DNA of 64,000 bases from Vulcanimicrobiota bacterium (GCA_963714015.1 OY970223.1:192001-256000), one strand, 5' to 3'; shown: positions 40,124 through 53,246, counted from the first letter of the stretch. The notes: a model not told the origin generated them from the letters alone. Translations and numbers: made by a program.

Positions 40124-41056
40124 GTGCCGCTCATTTGCGCCCGCGCATAGACGTCCTGCAGGGAACGCCTAAGCGGAATACCGGGAACCCACGACGTCTC
40201 CGTTCGCAGTTTGCGATTGTCGCCGTAGAGCAGCGGAACGTCGGCCGGGCGCATGCGAGCGGGATCTTCGCGCACTTCGACCGGCACGTGCGCAATGCGA
40301 ATGAGCTCCGAAAGAATCTCGCGCACGGAAACCGCCGTGCCGCTGCTGATGTTGTAAATCTCGCCGCTTCTTCCAACCTCCGCGAGCCGCACGTATGCCG
40401 CCGCGACGTCGCGAACGTCCAAAAAGTCGCGCTTGGCTTCGAGATTTCCGGCCAGCAGCACAGGGTCCGCGCCGTTTGCGATCTTCGGCCAGCTGCGCCG
40501 CAAATGACGGCACGACGAAACGATCGCTTTGACCGGGCCCGATGTGATTGAAAGCCCGCGTGATCACGGCGTCGACGCCGAAAACACGCGCTTCGCCGAG
40601 AACAATCGCTTCCGCCGCCGCTTTGCTCGCGGCGTAAGGGTTTGCGGGATTCGGCGCCGTCGTCTCGATAAGCGGCATCGCATCGGGCGGCTGCGGTCCG
40701 TAGACTTCCGCTGAACTAACGTAGAGAAGCCGAATCCTGCGATCGGAACGCCGCCGGGCGTCGCGCAACGCGTGCAAAACGTTGACGGTGCCCAGAACGT
40801 TGGCGCGATACGTTTCGAGCGGCGCCTCGATTGCGCGCGGCACGAACGCTTGCGCGGCCAGGTGAAATACGACATCCGGTTCGGAAAGGTCGAAGGCAGC
40901 GTTCAACGTGTCGGGATCGCCGAGATCGATCGGAAGGATGCCTTCGGAAGCATCGCGGGGACCGCCCGCGGCCAAAACGTCGTGACCCTCGGCGCGCAGA
41001 GCTTCGACGAGATACGTCCCGACGAATCCGCTCGCGCCGGTAACCAGCGCGCGCAT
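40120..41056 (-). CDS. rmd: GDP-4-keto-6-deoxy-D-mannose reductase (frameshift near 40488)
   Basis: GASGFVG, YAASK, FNHIGPGQ, GNL...RDFLDVRD; adjacent to gmd. Confidence 0.75.
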
Positions 41057-41061
41057 CGCTT

Positions 41062-42721
<1,660 letters not shown>

Positions 42722-42778
42722 AGGCCGGTTTTTTCGCGCAGTGCGCGCATTGTTCCGCCTCCGAAGCGGCAGGGCGTT

Positions 42779-43513
42779 TTAGGCGGGAATCTTTGCCAGG
42801 CGAGTCGCGATGAACGCTGCGACCTCACTCGGAACCGTCCCGCGACCGAATCCGGCGTCGTAGCCGAGCTCCGCAGCCATGAGATTCGTCACGCGCGGAC
42901 CGCCGCAGCAAAGCACCACGCGGTCGCGCAACCCTTCGGCCTCGAGCAACTCGACTAATGCCGTGAAGTTCTTGACGTCGCTGCCCTTTTGCGTTACGAC
43001 CTGCGAGGCCAGAAGCGCATCTATCTGCTTTTCCTTGGCGAAATGCACGAACTCTTCGACCGAGATCTGGCTGCCCAAGTTGAAGACGTCGAACATTTTA
43101 TATCGTTCGAGGCCATAGTCGCCTTTGTAGCCCTTCATGTTCAGAATGGCGTCGATGCCGACGGTATGCGCGTCGGTGCCGATGCATGCGCCTGCGATGC
43201 GAACTTTCCGGCCGATGCGTTCGGCGATGAGCCGATCGATCTCGTCCATCTCCATCGCATGCGCCTTTAGGGAGGGCGCTGCAATCGTCGAGAAGTCGAC
43301 CGACTGCGGCGTGCTCGCGTAAAGCACGAAGAACGAAAAGCCGCTCGCAATAGCTCGGCCTTCGACCACCTGGACGTCGCTCAGCCCCATCTTGACGGCA
43401 AGCTGACGCGCGGCTTCGTCCGCAGCTTCACTCCATTCAACGGGCAGCGTGAACGAAAGCTGAATCTTGCCGTCGCCGATCGTATCGCCGTAGGGCTTGA
43501 TGATGCGGGTCAT
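42779..43513 (-). CDS. kamE: Lysine 5,6-aminomutase beta subunit
   Basis: KPYGDT..DG..QLSFTLP, DAHTVG (B12 motif), MKGY (PLP lysine). Confidence 0.9.
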   Translation of the reverse strand: MTRIIKPYGDTIGDGKIQLSFTLPVEWSEAADEAARQLAVKMGLSDVQVVEGRAIASGFSFFVLYASTPQSVDFSTIAAPSLKAHAMEMDEIDRLIAERIGRKVRIAGACIGTDAHTVGIDAILNMKGYKGDYGLERYKMFDVFNLGSQISVEEFVHFAKEKQIDALLASQVVTQKGSDVKNFTALVELLEAEGLRDRVVLCCGGPRVTNLMAAELGYDAGFGRGTVPSEVAAFIATRLAKIPA

Positions 43514-45072
43514 AGAGCCGCTAGGGCCGGCTGAGCTTGCCGAAGGGCATCTTCAAAAGGATTCCAGTAATCGCCGGCCCGTTCGAAGACGCCGTCGAAC
43601 CCGCGGCCTCCGTCAGGCGGCCGTGAAACGTCGGCGAAGACCCGCGCTTCAATCGCGTGCATCAACCCCTGTTTCGAGACGCGATCCAAGAGCTGCTCGC
43701 ACGCACTCAAAACCTCTTGCGCGCGCGTCTCTATGCGGCCGCCCGGCTTGAAGGAGATATCATCGCCGAAGTGCCGGGCCGTGTTCATGATGTAGCGAGC
43801 GTTCTCGAGCGAAAGCGCGCGATCGCCCAAAAACGGCGTGTGAATCGCCTCGGTGAGCATGCCGCACAGGTGTATCGTTTGCCGCGTCATCACCGACGTG
43901 AGGTTGAACATCGCGTCGATGAGATGGCCTTTGAAGATGTCGCCGGTCATGTGTTTGGTCGGCGGCATGTACTTGAGCGGCGCGTGCGGGAAAATTTGGC
44001 GCGCGAGCTGAGCTTGCGCGACCTGCAGCAAGAACCCGTCCTGCAAGCCGGGATCGATCTCGTAGGCATCGCCCAGACCGATCTGCTCGTCCGGCATGCC
44101 CGCGCGGTGCGCGAACTGTTCGTTGATGAACTGCGATGCCAAGACGGCCGGCGCCTGATCCACCGCATCGGCGGTCGTCAGGTAATTGTCTTCACCCGTG
44201 TTGATGATGATTCCCGAGAACCCGTTGAGCATGCGGCTGAAGTGCTGGTCGATGAAGGTGCGCTTCATGTTGATGTCGCGAAACAGAATGCCATACATGG
44301 AGTCGTTCAGCAGCATGTCCAAACGCTCGAGCGCCGCCATCGTCGCGATTTCGGGCATGCACAATCCGCTGGCGTAGTTCGTGAGCATTACGTAACGGCC
44401 CAGTCGCTCGGAGACCTCGTCCAGGGCCTCACGCATGATGCGGAAATTCTCTTGAGTCGCGTATGTGCCGCCGAAACCTTCAGTCGTGGGACCGAACGGA
44501 ACGAAGTCCAGCAGCGACTGTCCGGTGGATCGTATCACCGCGATAACCTGCGCGCCGGCCTCGGCGGCCGCAACGGCGGCGGTTCGATCTTCGTAAATGT
44601 TGCCGCTGGCGACGATCACGTAGAGCAGCGGCGTGTGACCTTGCGGCAAACGGCTCAGGCGTTCCGCGCGTTCGGCGCGGCGCTTCGCAATGCGTTCGAA
44701 CGAGCGTTTCGCAAACTTTTCCGCAAGCGCGCGCGCCGCGCCGGCGGGGACGTCCGCGAACTGCTTCAGAGTCAAATCGCCCGAAGCGATGCGCTCGCCG
44801 AGCGCTTTAGGCTCGAGGCCCGTCTGCGCCAGCGCCCGTCCGAATGCGAGCGCGACGCCGCGGCCGCGTTCGTCGGCGTCGAGCGCATCGACGATGAGAT
44901 TGGGAACGGGTACTTCCTCACCGCCGACTCCGTCGACGCCTAAAAGGCGAAGCACGGAGCGCTCCACCGCCGCGGTGGAGTGGCCGGCGATAAATTCCTC
45001 GACGGGCGCGACGATCGCAGCCGCCAAGTCCCGGCAGCGATCGACGGTCCGGCGATCCAGGGTCAATTCCAT
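43510..45072 (-). CDS. kamD: Lysine 5,6-aminomutase alpha subunit
   Basis: YVIVA.GNIYED, VIRSTGQSLLD, NYASGLCMPE, YMPPTK. Confidence 0.9.
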   Translation of the reverse strand: MELTLDRRTVDRCRDLAAAIVAPVEEFIAGHSTAAVERSVLRLLGVDGVGGEEVPVPNLIVDALDADERGRGVALAFGRALAQTGLEPKALGERIASGDLTLKQFADVPAGAARALAEKFAKRSFERIAKRRAERAERLSRLPQGHTPLLYVIVASGNIYEDRTAAVAAAEAGAQVIAVIRSTGQSLLDFVPFGPTTEGFGGTYATQENFRIMREALDEVSERLGRYVMLTNYASGLCMPEIATMAALERLDMLLNDSMYGILFRDINMKRTFIDQHFSRMLNGFSGIIINTGEDNYLTTADAVDQAPAVLASQFINEQFAHRAGMPDEQIGLGDAYEIDPGLQDGFLLQVAQAQLARQIFPHAPLKYMPPTKHMTGDIFKGHLIDAMFNLTSVMTRQTIHLCGMLTEAIHTPFLGDRALSLENARYIMNTARHFGDDISFKPGGRIETRAQEVLSACEQLLDRVSKQGLMHAIEARVFADVSRPPDGGRGFDGVFERAGDYWNPFEDALRQAQPALAAL

Positions 45073-45134
45073 GGCCTTTCTATCTTAAGGGCAAGCCCCC
45101 GGTTCTCCTCAAGAGGTTATGTCGCCGGGCAGCG

Positions 45135-46427
45135 ATGTATGACGCAGATATGGTTTCCCGGAGGCTCGGACTGCCGGCAATCGCTGCCGGCAGCGTCTCG
45201 GCGGCTGCGCTCGTGTTGGCCCTCCACGGCGCCGACTGGAACTCCGCGGCGCAATCGACGCCCGGAGGAAGCTGGCTGATGTACCAGCAGGTTCCTTCGC
45301 ACAACGCGGTGATCGCCCGGCCCGGTTTCCGGACCAACTGGCTGGCAAAACTGGGCGACCGCATCAACGGCGGGCTCGCCGTTGCCGGCGATACGCTCTA
45401 CGTCGACAGCTTCGACAAAAGACTCTACGCTCTCGATTTGAAAACGGGCGGTGTCCGGTGGAGCGCGCAAGCCGACGACACGCTGATGTCCACGCCGGTA
45501 GTCGACGGCGGCGTCGTGATCGTCGGCACGGGAAACAACGGATTCTTGAAGCCCGACGACGCGGACTCGCAGGTCTGGGGCCGCGCTCAAGGCGACGACA
45601 TTTTAGCGTTCTCGACAGCGGACGGACACCCGATCTGGAAACTGCACACGGCCGGACAGGACATGCCTTCGCCGGCGATCGTGAACGGCGTGGCAATTCT
45701 GGCGAACGGCGATCTGCATGCGTACGCCCTTGACGTTGCGAGCGGAAAGCCGCGCTGGCAAATGCGGTTGCAGGGCGTCGACACAATGGCTTCGGCCAAC
45801 GTTAACGGGGGGAGAGTAATCCTCGAGACGTGTCACAACGCGCCGTACGTGTGCGAAACGAGTGCCCTCGACGTGCGCGACGGCCGCACCCTATGGACGA
45901 ACGAGTACGGCGGAAGCGATTGTTCTCCGACGATCGATTCCGGTCTGATCTTCGTAACGGCAAATCGCGATGATACGCGGCGCTACCACACGGGCGGTTA
46001 CGACATCACTGCGGCGATCGACGAACGAACCGGCCGGACCGTTTGGACGCATGAATCGGAACCCGGGCCGTACACCTTCGTCGGATCGAACGAACGCCAG
46101 ATCGCGGCGACCACCGCAAACGGCGTACTCTACCAGCCAATCGGCAACGCGAACGAACTGATCGCGTTCGGCGAACGCACCGGCCGCGTTTTGTGGAGCG
46201 TCCGTACTGCCGGGGACGTGAAGATGAGTCCGGTGGTCAAAGACGACACTGTGTATTTCGGCGACACGGAAGGCATTTTCTATCGCGTCGACCGCCGAAC
46301 CGGACGCGTCGTTCACATGTCATCGTACCTGCAGCCCTTTGCGACCTCACCGCCGGTTATCGTCGGCGACACGATCTTCGTCGCGGACGGACCGTACGTG
46401 ATCGCGGCTGAAGCGGCGACTATCTGA
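45135..46427 (+). CDS. Secreted PQQ-like beta-propeller protein (tetrathionate hydrolase-like)
   Basis: Repeated A.D..TG...W blades; N-terminal hydrophobic segment. Confidence 0.75.
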   Translation: MYDADMVSRRLGLPAIAAGSVSAAALVLALHGADWNSAAQSTPGGSWLMYQQVPSHNAVIARPGFRTNWLAKLGDRINGGLAVAGDTLYVDSFDKRLYALDLKTGGVRWSAQADDTLMSTPVVDGGVVIVGTGNNGFLKPDDADSQVWGRAQGDDILAFSTADGHPIWKLHTAGQDMPSPAIVNGVAILANGDLHAYALDVASGKPRWQMRLQGVDTMASANVNGGRVILETCHNAPYVCETSALDVRDGRTLWTNEYGGSDCSPTIDSGLIFVTANRDDTRRYHTGGYDITAAIDERTGRTVWTHESEPGPYTFVGSNERQIAATTANGVLYQPIGNANELIAFGERTGRVLWSVRTAGDVKMSPVVKDDTVYFGDTEGIFYRVDRRTGRVVHMSSYLQPFATSPPVIVGDTIFVADGPYVIAAEAATI

Positions 46428-46436
46428 TCGCGGTCC

Positions 46437-46500
46437 CTACTAAGACTTTAGTTGACAAGGTTCGCCCGCCGCGGTAGTATCTACTAAACCATTAGTAGAT
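46437..46500 (+). promoter_or_regulatory. Sigma70 promoter TTGACA-N17-TAGTAT with two BlaI-type palindromic operators
   Basis: -35 at 46452-46457, -10 at 46475-46480; ATCTACTAA-N4-TTAGTAGAT at 46479-46500; CTACTAA-N4-TTAGTTG at 46437-46454. Confidence 0.8.
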
Positions 46501-46517
46501 GACCCGAAAGGACCCCC

Positions 46518-46904
46518 ATGCGGCGAGAAAAACGCAAGCCCCTCACCAAGGCCGAATTGCGCATTATGGACGTGCTCTGGCAGTTGCGCCGGGCTACGGT
46601 CGCCGACGTCGTTGCTGCGCTTGCGCGTCCGCCGCTGGCGTATACCACCGTCCTCACGATGCTGCGCATTCTCGAACAAAAGCGCTTCGTAAGGCACGAA
46701 GCCGGCGTAAAGGCGCACATGTATTTTCCGCTCGTCGAACGCGACGAAGCGGCAAACTCGGCAGTCGGCGACGTCCTCGCCTCCTTCTTTGCGAACAGCA
46801 AAACGGCGCTGGCGCTTCGCTTGATGGCCGATTCGCGCCCGTCCGAAAATGAGCTGCACGAGATCAAGGCGTTGATCGCGCGCTTCGAGGAGGGCCAATC
46901 ATGA
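46518..46904 (+). CDS. BlaI/MecI/CopY family repressor
   Basis: LT.AE..IM.VLW...ATV..V...LAYTTV.T.L..L. Confidence 0.9.
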   Translation: MRREKRKPLTKAELRIMDVLWQLRRATVADVVAALARPPLAYTTVLTMLRILEQKRFVRHEAGVKAHMYFPLVERDEAANSAVGDVLASFFANSKTALALRLMADSRPSENELHEIKALIARFEEGQS

Positions 46905-48821
46905 ACGCCTCCCTCGATTCCGCGGTACAGTTTGCGTTTTCGGTGCTCTTGAACAGCCTCTGGGAAGGAATCGCAATCGCGCTGTTATGCGCGGCGATTC
47001 TGCGGTTTACGCGTGCCACGAACGCGACGACACGGGCGAGCGTTCTTACGGGCGCCTTGCTAGCCTGCGCCGTGCTGCCGTTCGCAACGGCGTTCATCAC
47101 CATCGGAATTCATGCGCCGGCGAAGGTTTCTCAAACATCGTCGCACATAACGGTTTCTCCCCGGCGCGAAACTTCCGCGCTGAAAGCGTACCCGGTGCAA
47201 GGCGTGCAAGGCATGAACGGCGATGCAACCGTTCCTTTCCGGCGCATGCAGATAAACATTCCGCGCATTGCGATCGTCACGATCGTCGGCTTGTGGCTTC
47301 TCGCCGCACTCGTTGCGCTGGTACGCTTGACGATCAGCCTATTGCATTTGGAGCGGCTGAAGCACGATGCGCTCCCGCTCGCCGTCGATTACCGTTCGCA
47401 CATGTCACGCTGGACGCAAGCATCCAAAGGCGGTCGCGGCGTACGGCTTTGCCGCTCTCCCGAAATCGCGGTGCCGATTGCCGTTGGCCTGTTCGACGCA
47501 ATGATTCTCGTTCCCGAAACGCTGATTGAGGAACTCAGCCCCGAAGACGTCGACCGCATTCTGCTTCACGAGCTGGCGCATTTGCGCCGCGGCGACGACT
47601 GGATCAACGCAATCGAGCGGATCACCCAAGCCCTTTTCTTCTTCAATCCCGGCATTCAATGGATCGTTGGGCAACTCGATCTCGAACGGGAAGTCGTCTG
47701 CGACGATTGGGTCTTGAACCAAACGACGGAGATTCATCAGTACGCTACGTGCCTTGCCCGCGTGGCCGAGATAACGGCGTGGCCGTATCGCGCCATGAGC
47801 GCGCCGGGCGCGTTCGTTACGCGGCGCAGCATGTCGATTCGCGTCGAGCGCTTGCTCCAAGCCGGACGCGACATTCGCACCAGCACGTCGCCTGGGTCCC
47901 GCCGGCCTAGCCTTGTCGATATTTGCTGCATTGTGTATCGCGGCCGCGTTCGTCTCGCCCTCAATCGCATACACGACCACAGAAGCGCACGCCACGCACG
48001 TCGCCCCAACGTTCGTCGCGCTCGAACATTTCACCGCATTTCCCAAAGGCTCCGTAACTCCGGCGAGCCTCTTCGCGAAGGTGAACAAAACGCTGCTAAA
48101 GAGCGCCGTGGTCGCGGAAGCACCTTCCGGTGATTACATCGACGATCTCGCGGCCGCCGGATATCGCAACCTCTCAATGGACGAGCTGATCAAACTCAAG
48201 AGCGTCGGCGTCAGTGCCGGCTACATTCGAGGATTGGAAGACGCCGGTTTGACGCATCCATCCGTGGAAGATCTGGCAGGCTTGGCAAGTCTCAACGTGA
48301 CGCCCGATTACGTTCGTGCGATGCGCCGTCTGTTTCCGGACGTTTCGGCGCACGATCTCGAAGGGCTCAAAGCGGTCGGGGTAGACGGTACATACATCGA
48401 CGCGCTGCGCTCTGCAGGGTATTCCGGGCTGACCGCCGATGAAGTCGAAGGCCTTCGCGCCGTCGGCGTCGACGCATCGTATATCGCCGAGATGCGCGCC
48501 AGATTCGGAAACCTCTCGCCTAAGGATCTCGAGAGCATGCGATCCGTCGGAGTAACGCCGGGCTACGTCGATTCCTTGCGCGGTTACGGCATGCAGAATT
48601 TGTCAGCGCCGGATTTTACGTCGCTTCGCGCTCTGGGAGTAGATGGCGCTTATGTCAAGGCCATGCGCGACGCGGGATACCCGAATCTCTCAAAGTCCGA
48701 TCTCGAACAATGCCGCGCGCTGGGTATCGATGGAGCCTTCATTCGCGAGGCTGCGGCGCATGGCTTTCACAATCTGACGATCCATCAACTCGTGCGTCTA
48801 AAGGCCAGCGGCCTACTCTGA
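46901..48821 (+). CDS. BlaR1-like M56 metallopeptidase with C-terminal helical repeats (frameshift near 47892)
   Basis: HELAH..R.D, FFNP, E..CD; translationally coupled to the repressor. Confidence 0.85.
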
Positions 48822-48843
48822 AACGACCCTAAGATAGGCGCCA

Positions 48844-50364
48844 TTATCGCGGCGTCGCTTCGATCGGTGCAATAACGCGCAAGACGTTCGGAATTCCCGC
48901 ACTGACGAGTTTCAGTTTCAAGCCCGGCACGCTTCGCTGTTCGGCGACGACGTAAGTCGTGTGCCGCCGAGCCAAAAACCGGATCGTTGCAACCGAGGGT
49001 TTGATCTCCGCAGCGACGGCCCGGCGCGCGCCGAAATCGTGCACGACGTATGCGTGATACGCCAGCGGCGTCACATAGATCCAAGGTGCGACGATCACTG
49101 CGTTATCGGGCGTAACCGCGACTACGCGCTGAAAGTAGCGGTGCGCTGCCGGATTTTCAGGTCGGTGCGGCCATCCATCGCCCCAGAGTTGAAGCACCAC
49201 GATCGAAAGCGCGGCCGCAATCGCTGCTTCACGCAGCCCCGGTCTCAAGCGGTTCAAATTCTCGCAGACGGCTTGCAGTCCCAAGCCGATCAAGAGCGCG
49301 GTTATCCATAGCGGCGTCATCACGTACCGCGTTTTGTCTGCTTCTTCCAAATACGCGTAGGCGAACGGAATGAAGAGCGCTCCGCAGAGTAGCGTTGCGC
49401 CGGCCAGAACGCCGCTCTTTCTCCAAAAGGCTGCCATTCCAGCCAAAGCAAACGCGGTGATGACGTAACCGAACTGCTCGGCTTCGAGGTTTGCAAACGC
49501 GCTAAAATACTTCGGGTAGCCGTTTGGGCGCAACATTCCGAGGATGCCGGCTTCTTTGTTGAACTGCGCTCCGGAAACCATCCACAGGAAGTTGCTCAAC
49601 ACCGCGGGATGCCCGTAGTCCCAAAACGGCCGTCCGGCCGGAAGACCGAGCGCGAGGTTCGGATCGATCCTTTCTGCGGTGACGATTGCGCTTCTAATGG
49701 GCAGATACGCGTACAGAAGCAGGGGCAGCACGAGCAATGCGAATGCCCACCCAAAGCGCGCCGCGTCCAACGACTTGCGGTTTGCCGGAGCGACGATTAA
49801 AAACGCGGGAAGAAGCCACATCGCCACGGGATGCGTAGCAAGAGCGAGCCCTTCGAACAGGCAGCTCAGAAGAAGATCGCGGACTCGCGATGCCGTCGCC
49901 CAGCGGTACAAAAACAATAAAGCCAACGACTCGAAAGCCAGGGCGAGTGTGTGGACCTCGGCTCGAATCGTGTAAGTAACGATAACCGGTCCGAACGCAA
50001 AAGCCAAAGCCGAGAGCGCGGCGGCAATTGCATTTACCCCAAGCGCGCGCAGCGATGCGTAGAGCGCCGCGCACGCTACGCCCACGCAAATGCCGGAAAA
50101 GAGCGACATCCTGAAGGCAACGGTGCCTATTGCCGCTGCGTGCGAAAACAAGAAACCGAGCAAGACGTATGCCGGAAACCCGGTTGGGTGCGCGATTCCC
50201 AGAATGTACGGGACGGTTTGGAACTCGCCGGTGTCCCAAAACTTCACTTCATGCTGTCCCCACACGCAGCAGATCAGCACGGGAACCAAAAACGATGCGC
50301 ACAATAGACCCGCGTCGAGCGCTCGCCGAAGATTTGAGCCTACGGGAACGCCGCTGCTACCCAA
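48844..50364 (-). CDS. DUF2723 (TMEM260-like) GT-C membrane protein
   Basis: WDTGEF...LGIAHPTGFP.Y, AEVH, YLPIR. Confidence 0.8.
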   Translation of the reverse strand: MGSSGVPVGSNLRRALDAGLLCASFLVPVLICCVWGQHEVKFWDTGEFQTVPYILGIAHPTGFPAYVLLGFLFSHAAAIGTVAFRMSLFSGICVGVACAALYASLRALGVNAIAAALSALAFAFGPVIVTYTIRAEVHTLALAFESLALLFLYRWATASRVRDLLLSCLFEGLALATHPVAMWLLPAFLIVAPANRKSLDAARFGWAFALLVLPLLLYAYLPIRSAIVTAERIDPNLALGLPAGRPFWDYGHPAVLSNFLWMVSGAQFNKEAGILGMLRPNGYPKYFSAFANLEAEQFGYVITAFALAGMAAFWRKSGVLAGATLLCGALFIPFAYAYLEEADKTRYVMTPLWITALLIGLGLQAVCENLNRLRPGLREAAIAAALSIVVLQLWGDGWPHRPENPAAHRYFQRVVAVTPDNAVIVAPWIYVTPLAYHAYVVHDFGARRAVAAEIKPSVATIRFLARRHTTYVVAEQRSVPGLKLKLVSAGIPNVLRVIAPIEATPR

Positions 50365-51230
50365 GCGCGGCTTTGTCGCGCAGATAATTTGCTATGCCGT
50401 CACGCCAGCCGGGCATAGCAATTCCAATCGCGCGCAGCTTGGCGTTTTCAAGCGCCGAAAACTCAGGCCGCCGCACGCGCGAATTCCATTCTCGGTACGA
50501 GATGGGCTCGACGGCACAATCGATTCCCGCTTGCCGAAGCGCTTCGGATGCAAAATCGAACCAGGTAACCGGGCCTTCATCTACGGCGTGATACACACCG
50601 GGCGGAGCGCCGCGCGCCGAGGAGCTGCAGCACGGCTGCTGCGAGGTCGCCCGCATACGTGGGAGAGACGGTTTGATCGCGTACGATGCGCAACTTTTCA
50701 CCGGCGCGCGCTTGCGTGATGACTCGATCCACGAACGTGTAGCCTTTGGTCGGACTGAAGTGCGTACCGTATACCCCGCACGTCCGTATCACGTAGGCAT
50801 TCGAACGCAGCCGTTCGACGAGAAGCTCGCCGGCGTACTTGGAGGCTGCGTAGACACTCAGCGGATGCGGCGGATCGCTCTCGACGTACGAGCGCCCCAG
50901 CGTTCCGTCGAACACGTAGTCGGTGCTGAACGTTACGAAAATCGTGCCGGCTTGCGCGCAGCGCTCCGCAATCGCGTTCACGGCGAGGGCATTCGCTTCG
51001 AACGCGGCCGCGGGCTCGACTTCGCAGCGTTCGACGTTATGAAACGCCGCACAATTCACCACGACGTCCGCCCGCGCGGACTCGATCGCGCGACCGATCG
51101 CCTCCCGGTCGGTAATGTCGATCTCGCCGTGGTTCGGGCTGACAATCTGCAATTCAGTCCAACGACGCCGGATCTCGGATCCGAGTTGACCGGAGCCGCC
51201 GAACAGGAGCACGCGCCGCGCTGAAGCCAC
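50357..51230 (-). CDS. rfbD: dTDP-4-dehydrorhamnose reductase (frameshift near 50618)
   Basis: GGSGQLG, STDYVFDG, YAASK..GE, DQ..SPT, RP.FS.L. Confidence 0.88.
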
Positions 51231-51234
51231 TGCG

Positions 51235-52498
51235 CTAAATATCCTTCAGCGGCACGGCGAACACGTAACCTTTCTTGCTTCCGATGATGAGCGTTTTTCC
51301 GACGACTATGGGAGAACCGACGTTGAATCCGTCCGGCATGCGTTTGCGGCCCAAAGGTCTGCCGCGTGCCGCATCGACCGCCCAAAGCATTCCGCTCTCG
51401 TCGCCGAAATAGATCTCGCCGCCGACCGCGGCAATGCCGCCTTTCGCCGGTGCGTCGATTTTCAGCTGCCCATCGGCGCTTTCCGGTCCGCGTGTCCAAC
51501 GCAAACATTTGCGGGACGACGGCGCTGCCCAGATACATGGTTCCGTCGTAAATCATCGGAATCGAAGCGGTGTTGTTTATCGGAACGACTCCGCGCGCGA
51601 GCGGCACGTCCCACAAAACCCTGCCGGTGACGCCGTCCAGCGCGTAAGCATGCTCGATTCCCGGCGTCGTGTATCCTACGAAATCATATTTGCTGCCGGC
51701 GGGATGCGCCAAGTACATCGCATAGATATTGCGGCCGTCGCTCGCCGGCGGACAGTCGTCGAAAGACGCGTCCCGATCGGAGAAGTGCGTTCGCCAAAGC
51801 ACCTTGCCCGTCAAGCCGTCGAACGCGAGCACGTCGTTCGGATAGTCGCCCGAAGTCACGACCGCATCGCCGCGAAAGTTGTTTGCCGCCGCCATGGTCG
51901 CGGTCGAACGCAGATATTCGCGCCAGCGATACTTTCCGTCGTTCGCATCGAGCGCGAAGAGCATCCCCGACGCATCGTGGTGCACGTACATCCCGCCGAC
52001 TATCGCGCCGGTCGGCATGGCGCTGCCCGGCACGAAGAACCGCCATTGCTGCTTGCCGGTGGCCTTGTCTACGCCGATGATGCTGTTGGAGCCGGAACCC
52101 AGCAGCAGGTAATCGTTCGGTGAGAAGTTGGTCCCGTAGTTGTTGCCTTCGGCGACGATGACGGTGTTCTTGATGACGAGCGGCGCGGTCATCAAATCGT
52201 TTGACGCGGTATATTTCCATATCAGCCGGCCCGAGAGCAGATCCAGAGCGTAGAGCGAGCGGTCATTGCTTGCCACGAAGACGGTCCGGCCGGAGATGGT
52301 CGGGCTCGACGAGATTCCGCCGCCGGTCTTGAACGTCCAGCGAACCGCAATGTCGCTGCCGGTCGCGACGACGGCGTTGAGTTCCGGGTTCAGGCGGAAC
52401 GCGCGCCATTCTTCGGGCAGTTGGGACGGCGCACTGGAGGCGCAGGCCGTGAGCGCCATGGCGAACGCGGCGGCCAGACGGAACAGGCTCCTCATCAT
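51235..52498 (-). CDS. PQQ-like beta-propeller lipoprotein (tetrathionate hydrolase-like; frameshift near 51470)
   Basis: Lipobox LTAC; repeated A.D..TG...W blades. Confidence 0.75.
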
Positions 52499-52543
52499 GC
52501 GGCTTAATCGGCGCAGGGCCGCGGATTACCCTCGGCCCGCCCC

Positions 52544-52572
52544 TGTAACAAACGCCTGCCCCGAGCGGTAGA
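52544..52572 (+). promoter_or_regulatory. Possible ECF-type autoregulatory promoter (TGTAAC-N16/17-GGTAGA)
   Basis: AAC-type -35 and GTA-type -10 just upstream of the ECF sigma gene. Confidence 0.35.
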
Positions 52573-52601
52573 ACCCCTCAGAAATCCGAACTCAAAGGAG
52601 T

Positions 52602-53246
52602 ATGGTCATCGGAGAGCAGAGCGACGAGGCTCTGGTGCGGCGGGTCCGTAACGGCGAGCGCGAGCTCTTCTCCGTCTTGGTCGACCGTTACAAGCGTGGC
52701 ATTGCAAGTTTCATCAGCGCCGCCGTCCGGTGCCCCTCGGACGTTGCCGATCTCTCGCAGGAGACGTTTCTGCGGGCGTACGCCCACCTGGAGACTTTCA
52801 ATCCCTCGCTCGGAAAATTCTCGACCTGGATCTATCAGATTGCGCGCAACGTCGTGCGCACGCACTTGGGGAAAGCCCAGCGCCGCGTTGCGACTCAAGA
52901 GCTTCCCGAGGACCAGACACTCGAAAATGCCCTTCCCGACCTTTCACGCGACGCCGATCCGGCCGGCGGCGTCCTTCGCGAAGAAGCGGAGCGCGAATTG
53001 CGCCAAGCGCTCGCGGAGTTGCCGGAGCGGACGCGCACGGTGCTAGCGCTGCGCTATTACAACAACATGGAATACCACACAATTGCCAGTACGCTGGGAC
53101 TCTCGCTGGGCAACGTCAAGACGTTGATCCATCGGGGAAAGATTGCGCTCGCTCAAAAGATGCGCCAGCTCGAAGAGGCGCAAGCCCGGACAACACCCGA
53201 CGTTTCGCCCGACAAAGGAGGTGCACGTGCGCTGCTCGTCCTGTGA
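52602..53246 (+). CDS. ECF sigma-70 factor (SigW-like)
   Basis: D..QETFLRAY, FSTWIYQIARN, region 4 IA..LG...G.VK..IHR. Confidence 0.92.
   Translation: MVIGEQSDEALVRRVRNGERELFSVLVDRYKRGIASFISAAVRCPSDVADLSQETFLRAYAHLETFNPSLGKFSTWIYQIARNVVRTHLGKAQRRVATQELPEDQTLENALPDLSRDADPAGGVLREEAERELRQALAELPERTRTVLALRYYNNMEYHTIASTLGLSLGNVKTLIHRGKIALAQKMRQLEEAQARTTPDVSPDKGGARALLVL

Noticed and set aside
43657..44943. 428-aa plus-strand ORF
   Set aside because: Antisense shadow of kamD.
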